Source: an uncultured virus (IMG/VR IMGVR_UViG_3300037440_000410)
Taxonomy: Duplodnaviria > Heunggongvirae > Uroviricota > Caudoviricetes
Reading direction: 5' to 3' (one strand)
IMG/VR virus record: IMGVR_UViG_3300037440_000410
Length of the DNA: 64,000 bases
Shown: positions 1 to 8,414 of the stretch, piece after piece
How positions within the stretch are numbered: the first letter of the stretch is position 1
How the letters are laid out: each line of letters starts with the position of its first letter
The notes under the pieces: generated by a model
Seen by the model: the letters and a program-made list of their open reading frames with translations, nothing else
Told to the model about the DNA's origin: nothing
The model's database searches: none
Position numbers and translations under genes: made by a program

Positions 1-119
1 CCTGGCGCGGTTCCCGATGACGGCCGCCGGGCGTCTCTTGGGGGGCGCCCGGCCCCACCATCCCACGCCCACCCCCCTGCCGGCCGTCTCGTGCGGCCGG
101 CCCTACCCCTGGAGACCCG

Positions 120-1355
120 ATGACCGACCAGACCCAGCACACCCCCGCCGAAGCCGTGCAGTACTGGTACGACGCCGCCGCCGAGCGGCGTGAGGAGCGA
201 GACCGACTGCGTGCCGTCGTCGCGCGGATCCGGCAGATGGCCGACTACTGGGAGCAGCAGCTCCCGGAGGTGATCCGGACTCCGGCTGTCGTGTCCGCGC
301 TCCGTGCCGCGATGGAGCCTGCCGTGTCGTCTGTCGGGCAGGCGCCCACCACCAAGCAGCCCACCCTGCCGGCCGCCGCTCAGCCTCCGCTCCTCGCAGC
401 CGCCTTCGCCCTGGAAATGGACCGGAAAGAATCCGTCGGGGAGGGCACCAACTACCGGCGGGGCATGGCGCGCGCCATCAAGCTGCTGCGCCTGCTGAAC
501 GAGGAGGCGCCCACCGCGCCTGCCGGGCAGGCGCCCGCCCCCGACCGCGTCAAGGCTGTCGCCGAGGCGCTGGAGTTCGGCTCGGTCTGCTGCCCGCTGT
601 GCCGGGGCACAGTTGTCCTGCACACCCCGAACGGAGCGCGCGCCCACTTCACCGCCGTCCACCCCGACCAGCGCATCACCGGCCGAGGCCCTGGCCCGTG
701 GCCGCTGTTGGTGGCCAGCGAAGACGAGGCGCTGCCTGCACTCACCGACCCGACGGCCGTGGATGTCGTCCGCGCGCTGCACCAGCCGGACGACCTGGGC
801 GAGTGCCGTGAATGCCGCGCCTCCTCGCCCTGCCCGACGCTCCGCACGCTGGACGGCAGCGCCACTGCCGTCGTGTCGGGCCGGACAGCCGACGAGACGG
901 GGGACGATCTGCCCGCCGTCTCGTCGGCCGGGCAGGCGCCCACCCCCGACCGGACGGCCGTCCTGTCCGACGCCGAGCGGCAGATGCTGAACTACGCCCT
1001 CAACCAGGCCCAGGTACGGATGTGGTCGGTGGGCGGGTTCACCGACGAGGACCAGGCCGCCGTCGTTTCGCTGCGCCGCCTGGCCGACGAGCCTGCTGCC
1101 GTCGTGTCGGGCCGGGCGGACGACGAGACGCGACCCCGCTGCCCGGACTGTCAGATGCCGCACGACCTCACGCCCGGCAGCCTGCCCGTGACCGCATGCC
1201 AGAACATCCGCCGCCGCATCGCCGAGGCTGAACGACTCCACGCCGAGGACGATCACAGCCTCTGCTGCCGGGCCGACTGCGACGTGATCCGCCAGCGCTA
1301 CGCCGACGCGCCTGTCGTTGGCGGGGCGCAGCAGCCGACCGAGGCCCGGCCGTGA
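120..1355 (+). CDS. Mosaic hypothetical phage protein with repeated linkers and Cys-rich modules
   Basis: GGAG RBS upstream; repeated AVSSxGQAP and AVVSGRxxDET linkers; CPLC, CREC and CPDC motifs. Confidence 0.75.
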   Translation: MTDQTQHTPAEAVQYWYDAAAERREERDRLRAVVARIRQMADYWEQQLPEVIRTPAVVSALRAAMEPAVSSVGQAPTTKQPTLPAAAQPPLLAAAFALEMDRKESVGEGTNYRRGMARAIKLLRLLNEEAPTAPAGQAPAPDRVKAVAEALEFGSVCCPLCRGTVVLHTPNGARAHFTAVHPDQRITGRGPGPWPLLVASEDEALPALTDPTAVDVVRALHQPDDLGECRECRASSPCPTLRTLDGSATAVVSGRTADETGDDLPAVSSAGQAPTPDRTAVLSDAERQMLNYALNQAQVRMWSVGGFTDEDQAAVVSLRRLADEPAAVVSGRADDETRPRCPDCQMPHDLTPGSLPVTACQNIRRRIAEAERLHAEDDHSLCCRADCDVIRQRYADAPVVGGAQQPTEARP

Positions 1356-1594
1356 CGGAGGTGTGGGAGGTCGGTGACCTCGTCATCACGGCGCTCATCC
1401 TGTGGCTGATCGCGGGCGCGCTCCTCGCGGGGCTGCTGTGTGCGGCTGTCGGGAGCGGGGTGGTGTGGGCGTGGAGGCGGCTGTACGGCCGCTGGAGGGA
1501 CGCGGGGGCGTCGGACGCACCGCCGGAGCCCCAGCCCCCTGACAGAGCCTCACGGGCCCGCACAGAGCCCGCGAAGCCACACACACCCGCCTGA
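1352..1594 (+). CDS. Small membrane protein
   Basis: GTGA overlap with upstream stop; hydrophobic stretch. Confidence 0.65.
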   Translation: MTEVWEVGDLVITALILWLIAGALLAGLLCAAVGSGVVWAWRRLYGRWRDAGASDAPPEPQPPDRASRARTEPAKPHTPA

Positions 1595-1682
1595 GCCGCC
1601 CGCCGGGGCTCGCACCACCCGAGCCCCGAACCCGACACCACAAGCCGCCACACGGCCAAACAGACCCCGAGAAGAGGCCCCA

Positions 1683-1952
1683 ATGACCACGAACCTCGAA
1701 GCCCTCTACACAGCACCCGCCGCCAACATCGGCCCCACCAGCCCACGCGCCGAACTCTTCGCCGCCGCCGAAACCCTGCGCCGACGCGACGGCTGGCTGA
1801 ACAGCGAACTGTGCCTCTGGCTCGCCGACACCGCCATCCTCCACGGCCCCGACGAGACCGGCCGCCACTGCCACCGCGACGGCGACACCTGGCCCTGCGA
1901 CGACGTCCACGCCGCACAGAAAGTCGCCTTCGCCGTCAGCTACACCGCCTGA
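1683..1952 (+). CDS. Hypothetical protein
   Basis: GAGG RBS then ATG at 1683 (MTTNLEALY); GC3-rich codons. Confidence 0.7.
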   Translation: MTTNLEALYTAPAANIGPTSPRAELFAAAETLRRRDGWLNSELCLWLADTAILHGPDETGRHCHRDGDTWPCDDVHAAQKVAFAVSYTA

Positions 1953-2006
1953 CCGTGCCCGCCGGCCGCCCCCACCCCGGGGCGGCCACCACCCGAAAGG
2001 CCACCC

Positions 2007-2267
2007 GTGACCCTCGCTGAACTCCGCGCCCAACTCGCCGCCCTCAACCTCCCCGACGACACCCTCGTAGTCCTCGCCAAGGACGCCGAAGGCAACCGCT
2101 ACTCGCCGCTCGTCCAAGCCGAGCACGCCATGTACGCGGCCGAGACCACCTGGAGGGGCGAGCGCTACCTCACCGAGGATCAGCGCCAGGCCGAGACCGA
2201 CCCCGACGACCACAGCGAAGCCCCGGACGACGCCGTCCTCGCAGTCTTCCTCTGGCCCACCAACTGA
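2007..2267 (+). CDS. Hypothetical phage protein
   Basis: GAAAGG RBS; typical codon usage. Confidence 0.7.
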   Translation: MTLAELRAQLAALNLPDDTLVVLAKDAEGNRYSPLVQAEHAMYAAETTWRGERYLTEDQRQAETDPDDHSEAPDDAVLAVFLWPTN

Positions 2268-2282
2268 CGGCGGCCCCACCCC

Positions 2283-2384
2283 ATGACCCTCGCCACCGCG
2301 CTCGGCCTCGCATGCCCCGGCATCAGCCTTCTCGCCGCACTCGCACTCGGCATCCACGCCATCCGCAACCGGAGGAAACCGTGA
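2283..2384 (+). CDS. 33-aa single-TM peptide (not in ORF track)
   Basis: MTLATALGLACPGISLLAALALGIHAIRNRRKP; stop overlaps the GTG of the HIT gene. Confidence 0.55.
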   Translation: MTLATALGLACPGISLLAALALGIHAIRNRRKP

Positions 2385-2746
2385 CCGACCAGCCGTGCCC
2401 CTTCTGCGAGATTGTCGCCGGACGCGCACCCGCCACCTACGTACACGAGTGGTCCGACGTCATCGCCATCGTCCCGCTCAACCCCGTCGTCGACGGCCAC
2501 ACCCTCGTCATCCCGAAGCGCCACGTCCGCGACTTCGCCACCGACCCCGAGGTATCCGCCGACGCCATGCTGCACGCCGCGCAGCTCATGCGCTGGACCG
2601 ACCGCCCCATGAACCTGATCACCAGTCGGGGGCGTGAGGCGACGCAGTCCGTGATGCATCTTCATCTGCACCTAGTTCCGCGAGCGGCCGGCGACGGCCT
2701 CGTGCTGCCCTGGTGCAGCGGCCGCACCAAGGCAGGCACCCCGTGA
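2381..2746 (+). CDS. HIT-family nucleotide hydrolase
   Basis: CPFCEIV N-terminus, GHTLVIPKRH and HLHLHLVPR histidine triad; GGAGG RBS. Confidence 0.9.
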   Translation: MTDQPCPFCEIVAGRAPATYVHEWSDVIAIVPLNPVVDGHTLVIPKRHVRDFATDPEVSADAMLHAAQLMRWTDRPMNLITSRGREATQSVMHLHLHLVPRAAGDGLVLPWCSGRTKAGTP

Positions 2747-2964
2747 CCATCGCCCTCGCCGCCGTCCTCGCATTGGCCGCCGGCTGGTGCGTTTGCCACC
2801 GCATCGGCCGCCACCTCCAGCGTGCAGCCGCCACGGCCGAACGCCTGACCGGGCCCATCCCCGACCCCGCACCCATACCCGACCGGCAGCAGCTCAGCGA
2901 ACAGGCCGCCATCGACGAGACGTTCGACGACATGATCAGCCACTGGAACGAGGACGTCGCGTGA
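2743..2964 (+). CDS. Hypothetical protein with N-terminal TM
   Basis: GTGA coupling on both sides. Confidence 0.6.
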   Translation: MTIALAAVLALAAGWCVCHRIGRHLQRAAATAERLTGPIPDPAPIPDRQQLSEQAAIDETFDDMISHWNEDVA

Positions 2965-3164
2965 CCGGCCTGTCGTCGTCTTCCCGCGGCGAGCACACGC
3001 CTTGGCCGGGCGTCACCTGGGACACCCGCATTGTTCGCACCGAGCTGACGGTGGATGACGCGGAGGACACCTCCGGCCCCGACATGAATCAGCCACTCCC
3101 GCCCCGACCCAACCGGGCCACCCGCCGCGCACAAGCTCGCGCCAAACGGAAGAAGAACCGTTGA
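2961..3164 (+). CDS. Hypothetical protein with basic C-terminus
   Basis: GTGA coupling; ends NRATRRAQARAKRKKNR. Confidence 0.55.
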   Translation: MTGLSSSSRGEHTPWPGVTWDTRIVRTELTVDDAEDTSGPDMNQPLPPRPNRATRRAQARAKRKKNR

Positions 3165-3336
3165 CCGGCCGCACCCGCGAGCAGCCCGCGCCCGGCCCGG
3201 CTTGACGCCCATGCCACCATGAACGTGCTGTCCGAGTCGCACAAGCTGGCGCGGCCCGGGGACGCATGCGGTACCGGTGATGCAACAGCGCAAAGGCCCC
3301 GACCAACACGGTCGGGGCCTCGCTGCATGCTGGGGG

Positions 3337-3603
3337 CTACGCCTCTTCGTCCTGCGGTTCCTCGGCGGCGATGTTGCGAAGACCGGCGATCATGTCCCGG
3401 ACCCCAGTCCAGTAACGCGGGTCGGCGGTCGGGTCGGGGACGTTGTCAAGGATGCCCTGATAGCGGTCGGCCGTCTCATGCAGGACCGCCGCCCGGAAGG
3501 CGTCGATCTTCTCGCTCGCACGCCCCGAGATGGCGGGCGAGTTCTCCTTGCCCTGCATCGCGAAGGCGTACAAGTCCTTACGGACGTCAACGGTCGTGGT
3601 CAC
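3337..3603 (-). CDS. Hypothetical protein
   Basis: AAGGAG RBS; coupled to the upstream GIY-YIG gene. Confidence 0.65.
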   Translation of the reverse strand: MTTTVDVRKDLYAFAMQGKENSPAISGRASEKIDAFRAAVLHETADRYQGILDNVPDPTADPRYWTGVRDMIAGLRNIAAEEPQDEEA

Positions 3604-4154
3604 TGGCTCTCCTTGCTGATGAGCTTGAAATGGGTGAGGGGCCTCCCTGGCCGCGACCTGAGCTTGCCGACCTCCTCGACCAGTCCTTCGCTCTCAAGCC
3701 TCCGAACATGCGCTTGCGCGGACCCCTTCGGTACGCCCAACTCGTCTTCGAGATCCTGGAGACAGAACGGCTGGTCGCCGAACCTCTCCTGGGTCAACTC
3801 GTAGAGACGGGCGCCGGGGAAGCGTGAGCTGTTGTACGGGACGCCGTTGAACACGGTGTTGTGACGTGGGTGCTCGGCCCTGATCGCTTCCATCTCGGCC
3901 CGCTCCGCCGCCGCCCGCGACGGGAACCAGACGACTCGGAACCTCTCCACGTGGGGCCACCACGACTTGCCCGCGTGCGTGTACCAGCGCTTGAGGGGTT
4001 CTCGGCAGATGCCGATGTAGAGCAGATCGTCGGCGGCGTCGAAGAACCGGTACAGGGCGACGTGGTCCGGGTGGGGACTGGTCGGCAGTGCTCCGGTCAT
4101 CTCGGTTGCTACGCTCACGGGGCGCCTTTCTCTTGCTTGGGTCGGGCTGCTCAC
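3600..4154 (-). CDS. GIY-YIG nuclease domain fused to C-terminal winged HTH
   Basis: ALYRFFD...LLYIGI...R...AEMEAI...HN pattern; C-terminal LEDELGVPKGSAQAHVRRLESEGLV; exact start uncertain. Confidence 0.8.
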   Translation of the reverse strand: MSSPTQARERRPVSVATEMTGALPTSPHPDHVALYRFFDAADDLLYIGICREPLKRWYTHAGKSWWPHVERFRVVWFPSRAAAERAEMEAIRAEHPRHNTVFNGVPYNSSRFPGARLYELTQERFGDQPFCLQDLEDELGVPKGSAQAHVRRLESEGLVEEVGKLRSRPGRPLTHFKLISKESQ

Positions 4155-4187
4155 GGCCGGACGGTCTTACTCACCGTCCGGCCGTTC

Positions 4188-4577
4188 TCATTCGGTGGGT
4201 TCGATGCCGGTGACGTCGAACCCGAACGGCACGTCTGCGCACGCGTCGTAGATCTCCTGGCGGATCTGCTCCGGCGCGACCTCCGCGTCCGCTTCGACCT
4301 GCATCGTCAGGACGTAGGTCTTCATCCCGGTCTCTCCTTGCTGCTGGGGCGGATACCGCCGCTTCTTGCGTGGCTGCTTGGGGTTCGCCTCGAAGAACGC
4401 GACCACCTCGTCCTCACGGAACCGTGGCCGCGTACTGCCCTCGCCCTCAACAGGGGAAGGGAAGACGCCAGTCCGCCGGTACGTGTGGACCGTCTGGCGG
4501 CTGACCCCGTGCTCTGCCGCGATCTCGGTGACGGTCATCAAGCGCGGGCTCCCCTCTGGCTCAGGGCTCTTGGGCAC
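4188..4577 (-). CDS. AlpA/excisionase-type HTH regulator divergent from the transfer operon
   Basis: LMTVTEIAAEHGVSRQTVHTYRRTGVFPSP; GGAGG RBS before GTG at 4577. Confidence 0.8.
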   Translation of the reverse strand: MPKSPEPEGSPRLMTVTEIAAEHGVSRQTVHTYRRTGVFPSPVEGEGSTRPRFREDEVVAFFEANPKQPRKKRRYPPQQQGETGMKTYVLTMQVEADAEVAPEQIRQEIYDACADVPFGFDVTGIEPTE

Positions 4578-4592
4578 GGCAACATCCTCCCT

Positions 4593-4628
4593 GATCTGCT
4601 TGACGTTGTAAAGCAGATCGTGCACTCT
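4593..4628 (+). promoter_or_regulatory. Transfer-operon promoter with overlapping operator palindrome
   Basis: TTGACG(4600)-N17-CACTCT(4623); inverted repeat GATCTGCTT-N9-AAGCAGATC at 4593-4619. Confidence 0.6.
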
Positions 4629-4861
4629 GGAATGGCACCAACAGAACGGCCCGGCGTGAGTTCGCACCTCACGCCGGGCCAGCCACCCGCCTGATCTCAC
4701 CAGGGAGTGACCTTGCAAGAGCGTATCGGCCAACCCCAAGGCCAACCCACCCCCACGCACGAGCGTCCCGGCACCGACATGCCGCAACGCCACCCCGTCC
4801 CCGCCCCGCGCCCGCACCTCGAGCCCGCCCAGCTCCCCCGCCGCACACCCGGCGGCTCCCT

Positions 4862-4993
4862 GTGAGTGACATCGACGCCGACATCGACGCCGCCTGGGCC
4901 CTCACCCAGCAACGCATCGCCGCAGCCACAGCCGCAGCCACAGCCGCCGCCCAGGCCGCACGCGCCGCCGCCGAACAGGCGGCCACCCGATGA
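4862..4993 (+). CDS. Small Ala-rich peptide
   Basis: VSDIDADIDAAWALTQQRIAAA...; ATGA coupling to the next ORF. Confidence 0.5.
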   Translation: MSDIDADIDAAWALTQQRIAAATAAATAAAQAARAAAEQAATR

Positions 4994-5133
4994 CCTGCTG
5001 CGGCAAACCCATGCAAAAAGACGGCAACCAATACGTCTGCCGCAAATGCGGCGCCTGGACCGACCCCGGCACCAACAACCCGACCACCCACACACTCGCC
5101 ACCCACCACTTCACCAACACCAACGAGAACTAA
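4990..5133 (+). CDS. Small zinc-ribbon peptide
   Basis: MTCCGKPM...CRKCG. Confidence 0.55.
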   Translation: MTCCGKPMQKDGNQYVCRKCGAWTDPGTNNPTTHTLATHHFTNTNEN

Positions 5134-5167
5134 CCAGCCACCCACCAGACCCAGCCGAGGACACCCA

Positions 5168-5362
5168 ATGTTCGGACGCAAAAACAGCGACAAGGCACCC
5201 ACCGGCCGCGAGGCCGTAGCCCGCCGACTCCAGCAGGCCGGCCTCACCGTGGCCGGCGAACACGGAAGCCGGGCCGCCAACCGTGTCTCGCAGGTACTCG
5301 GCTGCGGACGCATCGAACTGTGCGACAACCCCACCTGCCCGAACTGCGCACCCACCAGCTGA
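5168..5362 (+). CDS. Small Cys-containing protein of the transfer region
   Basis: GAGG RBS; C-terminal CDNPTCPNC. Confidence 0.65.
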   Translation: MFGRKNSDKAPTGREAVARRLQQAGLTVAGEHGSRAANRVSQVLGCGRIELCDNPTCPNCAPTS

Positions 5363-5447
5363 CCGACCGGCCGCCGGGCCCGTCTCGCACGGGCCCGGTC
5401 AAAGGGAACCGCGCCAGCGCTTCCGACCCGAACCCAAGAGGACACCC

Positions 5448-5621
5448 ATGTCGAACCCGACCGCCGCCAACGTGGCTGCCGCAGCCGCCCACCACGCCCG
5501 CCAAAACCCAACGCAGGAGAACCTCGCCGTGGCGAACGCGATCTGCGTGGACGCCATCAAGGCCGGCGCAACCGGCACCGAAATCCAGCAGGCCACCCAA
5601 ACCCCCCGCCGCAACCGCTGA
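5448..5621 (+). CDS. Small hypothetical protein
   Basis: GAGGA RBS; ATG at 5448. Confidence 0.6.
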   Translation: MSNPTAANVAAAAAHHARQNPTQENLAVANAICVDAIKAGATGTEIQQATQTPRRNR

Positions 5622-5631
5622 GGGGCTCGCC

Positions 5632-5823
5632 ATGGCACCCACCCCCGCCCGCCGGCCACGCGGCCACTCACCCCTCACCACCACCCTCCGAACCCCCCTC
5701 GCCCGCTACGGCTTCACCCTCCTCGCCTTCCTCGCCCTCACCACCGCCCAGACCATCCCGTTCCTCCTCACCGCCGCCGTCGCCACCTACGCCTGGCGCA
5801 ACCGCCCCCACCGCCGCCGCTAG
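5632..5823 (+). CDS. Small membrane protein (Spd-like)
   Basis: Hydrophobic segment followed by basic tail; position upstream of tra genes. Confidence 0.55.
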   Translation: MAPTPARRPRGHSPLTTTLRTPLARYGFTLLAFLALTTAQTIPFLLTAAVATYAWRNRPHRRR

Positions 5824-5840
5824 ACCACGGAGCCGTCACC

Positions 5841-6818
5841 GTGAAAAAGCTCACCTGGGTCCAGAAGACCATTCTCGGAGCCGCCAGCCTCCCCATGATC
5901 GCGGTCGGCGGCTTCGGAGGATGGGGCACCTACACCAACATCGTCACCGAGTTCGGCCGCGCCGCCACAGCCGCAGGAGCCGTCGCCGCTGGCGAGGGCG
6001 TCACCCTCGTCCTGGCCCTCGTCCTCCTCGTCCTTGCCATGTTCGGCCAGCCCTCCCCCCTCGTTGTACGCGCAGGGCTGTGGCTGGCTCCCCTCGCCGC
6101 CTCGGTCATGGGCGTTGCGGTTGCCGACAACATCACCGAACGGATCGTGTACGCCCTCGCCCCGCTCGGAATGTGTGGCGCCGCGGAAGGTCTCGGTTTC
6201 CTTGCCCGCCGCACCGTCGTCTACGTGACCAACGTCGATATCGAGGCGCAGCGGCGCAACGCGGCGATCCTGCGCCGTATCGCGTACCACCGGGCGCGCG
6301 CGGAGCGCCACCCCTGGGTGTGGGTGCGGAAAGTGTCGGCGCTCGTAGCGTGGCGGCTCATGGGGCGGCTCGGCCACGCCGACGCCACACTCGGTAGCGC
6401 CCTCACCGACGTACAGAACACCCGCATCGTCGACGGCGCCAACACGGCGCTCGCCGCCATGCTCAGTAGCGCCACCGAACTCCCGGCCGCTACCGCACGC
6501 ACCGCCGTAGCGCCGGCGCCCGCCACACCGAAGGCGCCACGCACCACCGCCCCGGGCAAGACGGCTACGCCTACCGCCGACGGCGCCACGCTCACCCCGG
6601 ATGCCGCTCCCGACGATGCGGTCCTGTGCTACGAGCCCGGCAGCCCGCAGTACGTCGTCCGCGAACTGTGGCTCCGTCTCAACCACCGGCCGACCGAAAG
6701 TGCCGTCGTCGAAGCCCTCGCCGCCGCAGCACTGCCGAACTCCCGCGCGCAGGCCGGGAAGATCCGCCGCCAGGTCGAAGCGGAGAACCCGCGACTGCCC
6801 GGACCCCGCGCAGCCTGA
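5841..6818 (+). CDS. Multi-TM spread/transfer protein (SpdB-like)
   Basis: About four N-terminal TM segments, helical middle, Pro/Ala linker; context before traA/traB. Confidence 0.65.
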   Translation: MKKLTWVQKTILGAASLPMIAVGGFGGWGTYTNIVTEFGRAATAAGAVAAGEGVTLVLALVLLVLAMFGQPSPLVVRAGLWLAPLAASVMGVAVADNITERIVYALAPLGMCGAAEGLGFLARRTVVYVTNVDIEAQRRNAAILRRIAYHRARAERHPWVWVRKVSALVAWRLMGRLGHADATLGSALTDVQNTRIVDGANTALAAMLSSATELPAATARTAVAPAPATPKAPRTTAPGKTATPTADGATLTPDAAPDDAVLCYEPGSPQYVVRELWLRLNHRPTESAVVEALAAAALPNSRAQAGKIRRQVEAENPRLPGPRAA

Positions 6819-6942
6819 CCCTGACCGTGACTGCAGCCCGACTGCAGTCACAACCCCGCACCCCCTCTGAACAGCACAAACCCACACCGCCCCCGGTACG
6901 ACTGCAGTCACAGTCCCAGTCACAGTGAAGGAGGCCCCGCCC

Positions 6943-8394
6943 GTGGCCCGCACCAAGACCGCCCCCGAACAAACCCCCACCACCCCCGAGCAGCCGCCCG
7001 AACCCCCCACACAAGAGCAGCCCCGGCCCTCCCCGGTCCTCGCCTGGCCGGCCGAGTGGCCTGTCCCCGAACTGCCCGCGGAGAAGCGGCGTCGTACCCG
7101 CGGGCTGCCCATGGCCCCGGTCCTCGCTGGGGCGGGCAATGGCACGACTCTGGTGGCGACTGCCGCATATTCGGCGGGCGGTCCGGTGGCGGCCGCTGCC
7201 GCAGGGGTAGTCGTAGCGGCCGGCGCCACAGCGGCGGTGCTGCGCCGTCGGGCGGCCGTGCGCCGTGGCGTGGCGGCCCGCACCCGTAGCGCCACGCTGG
7301 GCGGCCAGAAGGGTGGCGGTAGCGGCCTGCGTAGCGGGTCTGGAGGCGGCGCTACGCGCGGTCGTGGCGGCATGACCCGTAGCGCGGGTGGCGGCCGTAG
7401 CGGGGCTGGTAGCGCCCTGCGTGGCGGGTCGGGGCGTAGCGGTAGCGGCCTGCTTTCGGGAGGCTCGCGTAGCGGTACGGGTGGCGGTGGCCGTAGCGGC
7501 AACGGTCGTTCTCGTGGCGGTCTCCTTCGTCCCGGCACCGGACGCCACACGCTGAAGCCCGGCCGCGGTAGCGGTCTCGGAAAGGACTCTGCCCGCCGTC
7601 AGAAGAAGGCCGCCGAGAAGGCCGGGAGGAGGGCGGCGGAGAAGGCGCTGAAGCAGGCAGCCAAGACCGCCGCCGCGAACACCGCCACGTCCGGGAAGCG
7701 TCACACCCTGAAGGCCGCGGCCGGGCGTACCACTCGCGCGGCCCGTGCTGCGTGGAACGCTGCCCGCCCCCACGCCGCCAAGGCGACGAAGGCTGTAGCC
7801 CGCCAGACCAAGCGCGCCCGCGGAGCACTCTGGGACGGCCTGTGCGCGACCGGCGCGGCCGCGTGGACGTGGCTGCGCTCGGGACGGCGTGCCGCCCTCG
7901 ACCGCCTCAAATCCGTGTGGAAGCGCCGCCGCAAGGACCGCACCACCCCTGACACCCCGACCACCCCGGCCGTCGCCGACACGGTGCGACGCCCCGCCAA
8001 CCCGACCACACCCACACCTGGAGGAACCCGCATGTCCGGTGGAGGACACCACTTCGTCGCCCCCGCAATGGAACTCGCCCGCGCCGCCGCCCACTACCAG
8101 CCCACCGGCATGCTCCAAGTCGGCGCCGACTTCGCCGGCCTGGAAGAGGCACTGCGCCTCCACGCCGAAGCCATGAAGATCACCGTGGAGAACGCGGACG
8201 CCACCCAGCCCCTCGCCCCCCAGATCGTCGAACTCATGCGGCAGATCCACGGCCTCCAACTGAAGGCCGCCGAACTCGCCGGAGAGTTGCAGCCCGCGTT
8301 CCGCCAGCTCCACGACGTCGACATCAGCCGCCTCGAAAACCCCCGCAAGGGCGCCGCAGGCGAACGCATGTGGGACGTCTCCTCCAACCTCTGA
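6943..8394 (+). CDS. Plasmid transfer protein TraA-like
   Basis: AAGGAGG RBS; TM segment, Gly/Arg/Ser-rich linker, helical C-terminal domain; directly upstream of traB. Confidence 0.6.
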   Translation: MARTKTAPEQTPTTPEQPPEPPTQEQPRPSPVLAWPAEWPVPELPAEKRRRTRGLPMAPVLAGAGNGTTLVATAAYSAGGPVAAAAAGVVVAAGATAAVLRRRAAVRRGVAARTRSATLGGQKGGGSGLRSGSGGGATRGRGGMTRSAGGGRSGAGSALRGGSGRSGSGLLSGGSRSGTGGGGRSGNGRSRGGLLRPGTGRHTLKPGRGSGLGKDSARRQKKAAEKAGRRAAEKALKQAAKTAAANTATSGKRHTLKAAAGRTTRAARAAWNAARPHAAKATKAVARQTKRARGALWDGLCATGAAAWTWLRSGRRAALDRLKSVWKRRRKDRTTPDTPTTPAVADTVRRPANPTTPTPGGTRMSGGGHHFVAPAMELARAAAHYQPTGMLQVGADFAGLEEALRLHAEAMKITVENADATQPLAPQIVELMRQIHGLQLKAAELAGELQPAFRQLHDVDISRLENPRKGAAGERMWDVSSNL

Positions 8395-8414
8395 CCCCCG
8401 ATCGGGAGCACGCT

